From positions 1 to 33,971 of the forward strand of contig JBGTGL010000017.1 in NCBI GenBank assembly GCA_041746755.1: 33,971 nt of DNA, read 5' to 3'. A model generated the notes under the pieces. It was not told where the DNA came from. It did not search any database and saw only the letters and a list, made by a program, of their open reading frames with translations. The stretch is from Acidimicrobiia bacterium (GTDB lineage: Bacteria; Actinomycetota; Acidimicrobiia; Spongiisociales; ZC4RG35). The position numbers and the translations under genes are program-made. This document shows positions 7,917 to 15,235 of the stretch, in pieces (positions within the stretch are counted from its first letter, which is position 1; each line of letters starts with the position of its first letter).

Positions 7917-9170
7917 TCACGCGTCAAAAGTCCGCCGACGGGCAAGGGCAGCCCGGGCGTGGCCTTCCAGCCCTTCGAGCCTTGCAAGCGCCGTCACGTC
8001 TTGCACCATCGGAGCTGCATCTTCGACTTGAAGCCATGTCTGGGGTCGGAGAAATGTCGAGATCGACAATCCCGCATGAAACCTCGCGCTACCTCCCGTA
8101 GGGAGGACATGGTTAGGTCCGGTTCCATAGTCGGCAAACGCCTCGGCAGATTGCGGGCCAAGGAATACTGAACCGTATTCGGTGAATAGGTCAGCCTGAG
8201 CTAGGGCCTCTTCGGTGTGGAGCGCCAGATGCTCGGGAGCGAGCGCGTTGCTGATCATCGCCGCGGATTCGATATCGTCGACTACGACTGACATCCCCGT
8301 TGCGAGCGCATCGGCCGCGATCGTGGCAGTAGGCAGGTCGTAGAGTTGAAGGGCTATTTCGCCGTCCACGCGGTCCATGAACTCGAAGCTGAACGCTACG
8401 AGGATCGGCCGGGCATCGGGGTCGTGTTCCGCTTGCGCGATGAGGTCACGAGCCACCAGCGACGGATCTGAGGTGGAGTCGGCGATCACCATGATCTCGC
8501 TTGGCCCGGCCAAACCGTCAATCCCGATTTCACCAAACAGGTGCTTTTTTGCGGCGGTTATCCACTTGTTGCCAGGCCCGACGATGAGGTCACACCGCGG
8601 TGAGAGGGTCCCGAATGCCATGGCTGCAATAGCCTGTGCGCCGCCGATGGCGAGAAGTCCATCGGCCCCGGCGACGTGGGCCGCCGCGAGAGTGACCTCG
8701 TTAGGGCGAGGAGAAGCAACCCAAACCTGCGTGACGCCAGCCACCCTCGCCGGAACCACCGTCATCAGAACCGTGGAGGGCAGGGGGTAGCGGCCACCCG
8801 GAGCGTAAGCGCCAACCGAGGCAACGGGTCTCAGGATGTGACCCGCCCGGCCACCCGGTACTTCAACGTCCAGGTCTGAAAGGGTTGCCCGCTGTGCCCT
8901 GGCGAAGCGTTCGATTCTCGACGCAGTTCGTTCCAGGAGTTGTCTGGTCACATCAGAAACCGATTCATACGTGTTGCCGAGTTCTTCGGGTCCGAAAACG
9001 AGTTGGTCTCCGGCAGTTAAACGGTCGAACTCGGCCGCATAGCTGCGAACTGCCGACTCTCCGCGGAGACGAACGTCTTCGACAATTGCGATTGCGTCGG
9101 CAAGGGCTGAAGAATCGAGAACTTGGCTTCTCGCCATGGCCGTCATCTCTTCAGGTGTCTTTCGGATCAT
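7917..9170 (-). CDS. hisD: Histidinol dehydrogenase
   Basis: YAPGGRYPLPS, GGAQAIAA, GPGNKW, AGPSE, QAEHD, APEHL, GPNHVLPT. Confidence 0.96.
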   Translation of the reverse strand: MIRKTPEEMTAMARSQVLDSSALADAIAIVEDVRLRGESAVRSYAAEFDRLTAGDQLVFGPEELGNTYESVSDVTRQLLERTASRIERFARAQRATLSDLDVEVPGGRAGHILRPVASVGAYAPGGRYPLPSTVLMTVVPARVAGVTQVWVASPRPNEVTLAAAHVAGADGLLAIGGAQAIAAMAFGTLSPRCDLIVGPGNKWITAAKKHLFGEIGIDGLAGPSEIMVIADSTSDPSLVARDLIAQAEHDPDARPILVAFSFEFMDRVDGEIALQLYDLPTATIAADALATGMSVVVDDIESAAMISNALAPEHLALHTEEALAQADLFTEYGSVFLGPQSAEAFADYGTGPNHVLPTGGSARFHAGLSISTFLRPQTWLQVEDAAPMVQDVTALARLEGLEGHARAALARRRTFDA

Positions 9171-10435
9171 TTCTGGTTACTGCCTTTGGCGAGCATCGGC
9201 CGTCTTGACACGTTGAGTTCCCTGCGGTCCAGGATCCCCGCGATGGCACCGAGGTCCGCCCCTGCGGACACTGCTTTTACCAGCGTGAAGTAGATAAGGT
9301 CGGCCGCCTCTCGTGCAACGGCGTTCTTGTCGGACGATGCTGCCAGCTCGCCTGCTTCCTCAACAAGCTTCGCAGCCAGTAGTGACGGATCTTTCAGTAA
9401 CGACGCGGTGTTCGAATCAGGCTGAGGTTTGTCGGCCATAGTCCTGAGTCGTCTGGCCAATCTGGTGATGCCGCGGTCATCGCCCCAACAGGTTCGACGG
9501 TCCAAGTGACAGAACCCGGGTTCGGCTTGTTCGACCACGAATCGAAGTGTGTCGCGATCACAGTCGGCATCGATCGAAAGCAGCGTCTGAAGAGCTCCAG
9601 AGGTCTCGCCCTTGACCCATGAGCCGCGGGATCGACTGTGATAGACCCCGCGGCCGGTTTCAACCGCAGATCTGACGCTGGCGAGGTTCGACCAGGCCAT
9701 GCCGAGTGCGACGCCATGTTCATCGGTGACAACAGTTGGCCACAGCCCGTCTGCCCGGTCTGACTTCAGCGGAGCGGTCAGTGCTTCGGCCAGGCCAAGC
9801 TGACCCGTGTAAAGCGCCATGCCGACCTGTGCATCGGCGCCCAACTCGTCCAGCGCCGCTATCTCGTCTGCAGTCGTGATTCCGCCGGCGATCGTGACCC
9901 TGGTCTGCCGGGCTGCATCCGCAACACGCGCTGAGCGCATTAGGTCCGTCCCGGCGAGCCGTCCCTCTCGTTCGACAAATGTGATCAGAAAGCCGCCGCA
10001 GAGGCCACGGAACCGATCGATTGAGTCGAAAAGGTTGGTGCCAGTCTCCTCTCGCCAACCATGGGTCACGATCAAAGAGTCGCGTGAATCAAGGGCGACG
10101 ATCACACGATCTCGGGGGAGGGCAGATAGCAACGGTTCATCTGCTGCTGTGCCGATGATCACTTTGTCGGCTCCCGAATCGAGCCAGTGCAGGGCGGTGG
10201 CGCTGTCCCGTATTCCGCCACCAACTCTCACCCTGCCCATGCCGCAGAGTCTCTCGATGAGTTCTGAGTTTTGGCCCACACCTCGTGCCGCATCGAGATC
10301 GATCACCGCGACTTCGCCTACTACCGAGAACTGTTTCATCTTCTCGATCGGGTCGGCCGTGACCAGGGCAGCGCCCTCGCCTCCCTCGAGTTGGACTGCT
10401 CGACCCTCCGTCAAGTCGATAGATGGGACGATCAT
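9167..10435 (-). CDS. HisA-like isomerase / HisI cyclohydrolase / HisE pyrophosphatase three-domain fusion
   Basis: N-terminal IVPSIDL, IDLDAA, VGGGIR, IGTAA, ALD, AGGI (HisA/F barrel). Middle YHSRSR..WVKGETSG, DCDRD, FCH....TCW (HisI). C-terminal KLVEEAGEL...EAADLIYF (HisE). Confidence 0.9.
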   Translation of the reverse strand: MIVPSIDLTEGRAVQLEGGEGAALVTADPIEKMKQFSVVGEVAVIDLDAARGVGQNSELIERLCGMGRVRVGGGIRDSATALHWLDSGADKVIIGTAADEPLLSALPRDRVIVALDSRDSLIVTHGWREETGTNLFDSIDRFRGLCGGFLITFVEREGRLAGTDLMRSARVADAARQTRVTIAGGITTADEIAALDELGADAQVGMALYTGQLGLAEALTAPLKSDRADGLWPTVVTDEHGVALGMAWSNLASVRSAVETGRGVYHSRSRGSWVKGETSGALQTLLSIDADCDRDTLRFVVEQAEPGFCHLDRRTCWGDDRGITRLARRLRTMADKPQPDSNTASLLKDPSLLAAKLVEEAGELAASSDKNAVAREAADLIYFTLVKAVSAGADLGAIAGILDRRELNVSRRPMLAKGSNQK

Positions 10436-11184
10436 GGACGGACCCCGAACCCGGCTCTTGATAGACCCGCCTTGATGTCGCTGACTGTGGTGTGGCGATC
10501 ATGGAGAATCGACGCCGCCAACACGGCCGATGCTCCGGATCTGAAAGCTTCGACCATGTGCTCGACAGATGCCGCCCCGCCCGATGCCACAACAGGAATT
10601 GTGACAGCTGCCGACACGTCGCGAATCAGATCCAATTCATAGCCATCGCCGGTCCCATCCTTGTCCCAACTGGTCAGGAGTATCTCGCCGGCGCCAAGTC
10701 CTTCGGCTGTCTCACACCATTCGACTACGTCGATCCCGGTCGATGACGCTCCGCTTTGGACCACCACCTCCCACGCCGTCTCTTTGAACCTCGCATCAAC
10801 GGCGACAACGACGCACTGGGCGCCGAATTCTCTCGCCAGCTCCTCGATCAGTTGAGGGCGCGCCACTGCTGCGGTGTTGACTCCCACGCGGTCGGCGCCG
10901 GCGTCGAGCAAACGGGCAGCGTCGGACAGAGCGCGCACCCCGCCACCGACGGTCAATGGGATCGACAGTTTTTCGCGAATCCCACGCACCACTTCGAGAT
11001 TGTTGGCACGCCCCTCCGGTGTGGCCGAGATATCGAGTAGGACGATTTCGTCGGCACCTTGTTCTTCGTAGATGAGCGAGTTCTCGACTGGATCACCGGC
11101 ATCCCTCAGATCCTGGAACCTGACGCCTTTGACGACACGGCCGTCAGCGATGTCGAGGCAGGGAATCACCCGCGGCGCCAGCAT
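10432..11184 (-). CDS. hisF: Imidazole glycerol phosphate synthase cyclase subunit
   Basis: MLAPRVIPCLD, VVKGV, GADE, PLTVGGG, GAGEILLTSWDKDGT, ASGGA. Start ATG 11184 overlaps the hisH stop. Confidence 0.96.
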   Translation of the reverse strand: MLAPRVIPCLDIADGRVVKGVRFQDLRDAGDPVENSLIYEEQGADEIVLLDISATPEGRANNLEVVRGIREKLSIPLTVGGGVRALSDAARLLDAGADRVGVNTAAVARPQLIEELAREFGAQCVVVAVDARFKETAWEVVVQSGASSTGIDVVEWCETAEGLGAGEILLTSWDKDGTGDGYELDLIRDVSAAVTIPVVASGGAASVEHMVEAFRSGASAVLAASILHDRHTTVSDIKAGLSRAGFGVRP

Positions 11185-11792
11185 CAGGACACCACCTGTG
11201 ACATCGTCAACCACCTCGTCAAGACTCGAGCACCCCAAGACCCGGACAGCTCGGGATGAAACTGGCATGCGAGGATGTCACCCCTCTCCAGTGCCGACAC
11301 AAATGCGCCCCGGTGGTCGGTAGTTGCCCCAACCCACCCGCCCGGAATAGATGCGAGGCGGTAGGAGTTGGCAAAATACGCCCATCCCGGCTCGATAAAG
11401 CGACATCCGGAAGCCGGTGAAACCAGATTCCATCCCAGCTGGGGCGTCTTGGCCCCGTTCCCAAAACGGGAAACCTGTTCCGCGATGAGGCCCAATCCTT
11501 CGACACCGGGGCTCTCGCTGCTCACCTCGGCCAGCAATTGCATGCCGACACAGATAGCAAGAGTGGCCCGGCCATCGCGCATTCGATCGACTAATGCGCC
11601 GCGCACCCCTTGGCGATCAATGGCGGCTGCCGCGGCCCCAAAGGTTCCTACACCGGGCAAGACAACACGATCGGCCTGCACGATGTCGCTCACATTTCCG
11701 CTGACGGCGGGGTGGGCACCGAGCCGCGAAAAGGCAGCCAGGACCGACGCAGTATTGGCAGTACCGGTGGGCACTATCACCAAACGGCTCAC
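11184..11792 (-). CDS. hisH: Imidazole glycerol phosphate synthase glutaminase subunit
   Basis: LPGVGTF, ICVGMQLL (catalytic Cys), PQLGWN, YFANSY, QFHPELS. Confidence 0.95.
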   Translation of the reverse strand: MSRLVIVPTGTANTASVLAAFSRLGAHPAVSGNVSDIVQADRVVLPGVGTFGAAAAAIDRQGVRGALVDRMRDGRATLAICVGMQLLAEVSSESPGVEGLGLIAEQVSRFGNGAKTPQLGWNLVSPASGCRFIEPGWAYFANSYRLASIPGGWVGATTDHRGAFVSALERGDILACQFHPELSGSWGARVLTRWLTMSQVVS

Positions 11793-12373
11793 TGCAGTGT
11801 GCCTTTCGTGCTGGGCACTCCATCGCCGGTTACGGAGACGGATTGTGCCAGGGCCAGAGCGACTGCCTTGAAGGCTGCTTCGGCCTTGTGATGATCATTG
11901 TCTCCCTTCAAGACGTCGACATGAAGTGCAAACCGGCCCTCCAAGGCGAAACTTCGGAAAAAGTGCACCAGATTTTCGGAAGCAACTTCCCCGATCTTCT
12001 CCCTCTTCAGAGACAACCCTATGTCCGTCCACGGGCGGCCCGAGATATCGACCACCGCCCTGGCGAGCGCTTCATCCAAAGGGGCGTACGCATTGCCGAA
12101 GCGGGCGATCCCTTTTCCCTCGCCGATGCAGTCGAGGAATGCCCGACCCAGGGCGATGCCACAGTCCTCGACGGTGTGGTGGTCGTCGGTTCCCAGATCG
12201 CCGCTAGCGTCCACGCTCAGGTCGAAACGAGAATGCTTGGACAATGTCGTGAGCATGTGATCGAGGAACCCGAGCCCGGTCTCTATCTGTGACTTTCCCG
12301 TTCCGTCGATGGAGAGCGAAACCCTGACCTCGGTTTCTGCCGTGGTCCGATTGAATTCAGAAATGCGTGTCAT
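11789..12373 (-). CDS. hisB: Imidazoleglycerol-phosphate dehydratase (monofunctional)
   Basis: RTTAET, FLDHML, DDHHTVED, PLDEAL, DISGRP, NDHHKAEA, VPSTKG. Start ATG 12373. Confidence 0.96.
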   Translation of the reverse strand: MTRISEFNRTTAETEVRVSLSIDGTGKSQIETGLGFLDHMLTTLSKHSRFDLSVDASGDLGTDDHHTVEDCGIALGRAFLDCIGEGKGIARFGNAYAPLDEALARAVVDISGRPWTDIGLSLKREKIGEVASENLVHFFRSFALEGRFALHVDVLKGDNDHHKAEAAFKAVALALAQSVSVTGDGVPSTKGTLQ

Positions 12374-14024
12374 CGAGGATCTCCTGTAGTTGGGCGGTCG
12401 AATTGAGGACTGCGGCGGCGTCGGCGAGCGCTCGCATAGCGTCGGTCGCACCTGGGCCTGATGCCGAGACCGCGATGGGGAGGACACCAGCCAGCCGTGC
12501 TGCGGCGATGTCATCACGAGTATCGCCCAGCAGCCAGCCATGGTTGGCCCCAAGCTTCTCCAGCGCCAAACGGACCGGTGCTGGGTCGGGTTTCATCGGG
12601 GCGTCGTCGCGGGTGACGACTATGTCGAAGAATTCCGTGAAGCCGAATCTCTCCAGCACCTCCTCGGCGTCTCGTCTCGGTCTCCCTGTGACAATTCCTA
12701 GTGGAAGCTTCGTTTTCCATCTGGCGAGAGTTTCGGCATCAACCAGTGGTTGTTCTCGGACCTTCAGCCCGGGACGGCCAGTGCTCCCCTGGTAGTTCGT
12801 CTCGAAACGGCGTATTACTTCGTCGGAATCGACCCGGACTCCGGAAGCGCCGCACAGGCGCATGGTGATGTCCCAATCGTCATTTGCATTTCCTGCTGTC
12901 TTGAGTGCTGAAATGTCAGCAGGCGTAACTTCCACTCCGAAGGAAGCGGCCGTGGCGATGATCGACTCGTGGTACGACTGGCTCACATCGACGATGACTC
13001 CATCGAGGTCGAAGAGAAGACACTCGGGGACGAGCACGGTGGTCAGCGATTCCACCAAACGCTTGAACTCGGATCGTCGGCCGGGAAGGCTGATCCGCAC
13101 GCTGTCGGCGAGTTCTTCCTGGCCTGGGAAGGTTCTGAGAGCGATACCCAGCGACCCCATGGCCCTGGTAAGCCAATCCGCGTTGCTCGTCGAGACGAGG
13201 AGGAAGTTTCCTTGAGATGAGAGAGCCTTCAGTCCGAAACTCTCGACCAGATCCTGCAGTTGCTTCCGTTCGACGCCCACTTCGTCGATGAAGCGCTTTC
13301 GGGGAGCAGGCTCCGATTTCAAGGCGAGCTCCGCGATATAGGCCGAGATGCCGGAGACAGGATACGGGCTGCCAAAAGCCGAAATCTTCTCGATGAGCTT
13401 CGTCGGTCCGATCAGATACCCGACCCTTAGTCCGGCAAGACCAAATGCTTTGGACAGCGTCCGGATCACGACCACGTTCTCGAGCTCAAGGGCAAGTGTT
13501 GTGAGATCTACATCGCCAAACTCCGCATAAGCGGAGTCGAGGACGACCAGGGGAGAACACCCGGCCAGCTGCCGGAGGTCGCTCGGAGTGATTGCTTGCC
13601 CGGTGGGGTTGTTCGGTGAAACCACGATGGAGAATGAGGATTCGGTGGCGGCGGCAGCGAATTCGTTGAGGGGAAAGGGGCCATCCCACCACGAGATGTC
13701 AATGCGGGTGGAGCGCGATTGCTCCCCGTACCTACGGACCATCTCGAAGGTGGGAGTCGTTGCGATGAAGGTTCCACCGGCCATGGCTAGGAAGCATCGA
13801 GAAAGGGCATCGTCCCCGCCCGCGGTCACCAGGACCTGTCCTTCCTCGATATGGTGCCGCTCTGCTATTGCCGATCGAAGCCGTGAGGTCCGGGGGTAGC
13901 GGTTCGCCAGACCTACGAGGTTCTCGATTGGTCCTACCGAATCGAGAAACCAGGACGAGCCCTCGTTTCTGGAGAGGTCCAGTTCGATTCGAGAGGAAGT
14001 CTTGGGAGGGTCGTATGGTGTCAC
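12357..14024 (-). CDS. hisC: Histidinol-phosphate aminotransferase fused to a C-terminal HAD phosphatase (putative histidinol-phosphatase)
   Basis: SPNNPTG, DSAYAEF, RTLSKAFGLAGLRVGY (PLP Lys). C-terminal FDLDGV, VTGRP, KPDP, GDTRDD (HAD motifs I-IV). Confidence 0.92.
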   Translation of the reverse strand: MTPYDPPKTSSRIELDLSRNEGSSWFLDSVGPIENLVGLANRYPRTSRLRSAIAERHHIEEGQVLVTAGGDDALSRCFLAMAGGTFIATTPTFEMVRRYGEQSRSTRIDISWWDGPFPLNEFAAAATESSFSIVVSPNNPTGQAITPSDLRQLAGCSPLVVLDSAYAEFGDVDLTTLALELENVVVIRTLSKAFGLAGLRVGYLIGPTKLIEKISAFGSPYPVSGISAYIAELALKSEPAPRKRFIDEVGVERKQLQDLVESFGLKALSSQGNFLLVSTSNADWLTRAMGSLGIALRTFPGQEELADSVRISLPGRRSEFKRLVESLTTVLVPECLLFDLDGVIVDVSQSYHESIIATAASFGVEVTPADISALKTAGNANDDWDITMRLCGASGVRVDSDEVIRRFETNYQGSTGRPGLKVREQPLVDAETLARWKTKLPLGIVTGRPRRDAEEVLERFGFTEFFDIVVTRDDAPMKPDPAPVRLALEKLGANHGWLLGDTRDDIAAARLAGVLPIAVSASGPGATDAMRALADAAAVLNSTAQLQEILDDTHF

Positions 14025-14899
14025 GGGACGATCTGCTCCAGTCCTGAAACGACGATGTCGCTGGCTCCGAATTGCTTCAATCTTGGAATCAGCTCGGGAA
14101 GCTCCGACCTCGGAACTGCCGCCTTGATGGCGTAGCCCGACCCACCGTGCAATGCCGATATCGTGGGCTCCCTCATGCTGGGAAGCGCGGCGACCACTCC
14201 CTCTACGTCATCCTCGGAGACATTCAGTTCAACCATCACTCGGCCCCGGGCATCGAGGACCGATCGGACACTCAGGGCGAGGCCATCAATGGCCGTCTTC
14301 TTGCCGGGGTCCGACAGTGCCCCACGGCTGGCGTAGAGGCGTGTGGTTGAGGTCATCAACTCTTCCACAATCACCAGGCCGTTCGCCGAGAGCGTTTCCC
14401 CTGTTGCGGTGATGTCGACTATGACGTCGGCGTCTTCGGGAGGAAAGACTTCCGTCGCCCCGTAGGAGCGGACAAAGACGGCGTCGAGATTCCTTTGTGC
14501 CGCCCAGTTTCGCGAGAGTTGGTCGAGTTCGCTCGCTACCACCAGGGGTCGATTTGGAAGTTTCCCGCCAACAAGGAGCGATTCTGGTGCAGCCGCCACG
14601 ACGCGGACGGGGTCGAGCCCGGTATCGAGCAGCTCCACGAGATCTTCCGCCTTCTCGGCAACCCAGTCGGCACCGACAAAACCGAGGTCGCGAGACCCGG
14701 CCGCAAGCATCTCGACGATGTTCTGAGGTTTGAGCACTTTCACTTCGAGTCCCGCCAGGGACGAGACTGGCCGGTATCCGCGGGGTCCCGACCGAAGCCG
14801 AATGCCCGCGTCGTCGAGTAGCTCTGTAACCGCCCGTTCGGTGCGTCCCTTTGGGATTGCGAGGTGGACTATGTCGTTGTTGTTTCGGGGAATGGTCAC
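14021..14899 (-). CDS. hisG: ATP phosphoribosyltransferase, long form
   Basis: LAIPKGR, DLGFVGADWVAE, GATE, DVIVDITATGETL, and a C-terminal regulatory domain (PTIS...LK..GASDI). Confidence 0.95.
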   Translation of the reverse strand: MTIPRNNNDIVHLAIPKGRTERAVTELLDDAGIRLRSGPRGYRPVSSLAGLEVKVLKPQNIVEMLAAGSRDLGFVGADWVAEKAEDLVELLDTGLDPVRVVAAAPESLLVGGKLPNRPLVVASELDQLSRNWAAQRNLDAVFVRSYGATEVFPPEDADVIVDITATGETLSANGLVIVEELMTSTTRLYASRGALSDPGKKTAIDGLALSVRSVLDARGRVMVELNVSEDDVEGVVAALPSMREPTISALHGGSGYAIKAAVPRSELPELIPRLKQFGASDIVVSGLEQIVP

Positions 14900-14938
14900 T
14901 TCGTGTGCCTTTCCGCCGATCTAGCGATGAGCGCTCCC

Positions 14939-14971
14939 AAAAGAAAAACGCCGACCGCTGGGTCGGCGTTT
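14939..14971 (-). terminator. his attenuator terminator
   Basis: Minus strand AAACGCCGACC-CAGC-GGTCGGCGTTT then TTCTTTT, about 40 nt upstream of the hisG start. Confidence 0.9.
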
Positions 14972-14993
14972 GGATTGGTTTAGCCCGTTTCAG

Positions 14994-15059
14994 CTACCCA
15001 CAACTCAGCCGACCCCTGAAGGGGTGGTGATGAGTGTGATGGGCGTGTACCTGAAACAT
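14994..15059 (-). CDS. hisL: His operon leader peptide MFQVHAHHTHHHPFRGRLSCG (21 aa, 6 His)
   Basis: ATG 15059 to TAG 14994-14996. Six His codons among codons 5-12, and the antiterminator arm GGGTCGGC lies inside the ORF. Too short for the ORF track. Confidence 0.88.
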   Translation of the reverse strand: MFQVHAHHTHHHPFRGRLSCG

Positions 15060-15067
15060 GAAGCAGG

Positions 15068-15097
15068 AACCTAACGCGACATTTGGGCAAATGTCAA
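15068..15097 (-). promoter_or_regulatory. Housekeeping-sigma promoter of the his operon
   Basis: Minus strand TTGACA (15097-15092), 18 nt, TAGGTT (15073-15068), 8 nt, then the leader ATG. Confidence 0.7.
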
Positions 15098-15162
15098 GGT
15101 GGGCTCATTCTCCCTCCACAAGCTTCTCCCCTCCACAACCAAGTGATGGAGGGTTGGAACGG

Positions 15163-15231
15163 GGTCGGAAACTCCATTTATTCGGGCGCCGGGGGGCGGC
15201 AGAGGTTGGGGGGTAATCGGGTGGTGTTGGC
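15163..15231 (+). repeat. Dispersed intergenic repeat, copy 5 (right part)
   Basis: 15163-15188 versus 7559-7584 is 23/26 identical; 15211-15229 is identical to 20-38. Confidence 0.85.
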
Positions 15232-15235
15232 GGGT

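Noticed and set aside
1-15231. CRISPR array or classical integron as the explanation of the repeats
   Set aside because: Copies are kilobases apart, unequal and degenerate; no cas or intI gene and no RYYYAAC/GTTRRRY ends were seen.
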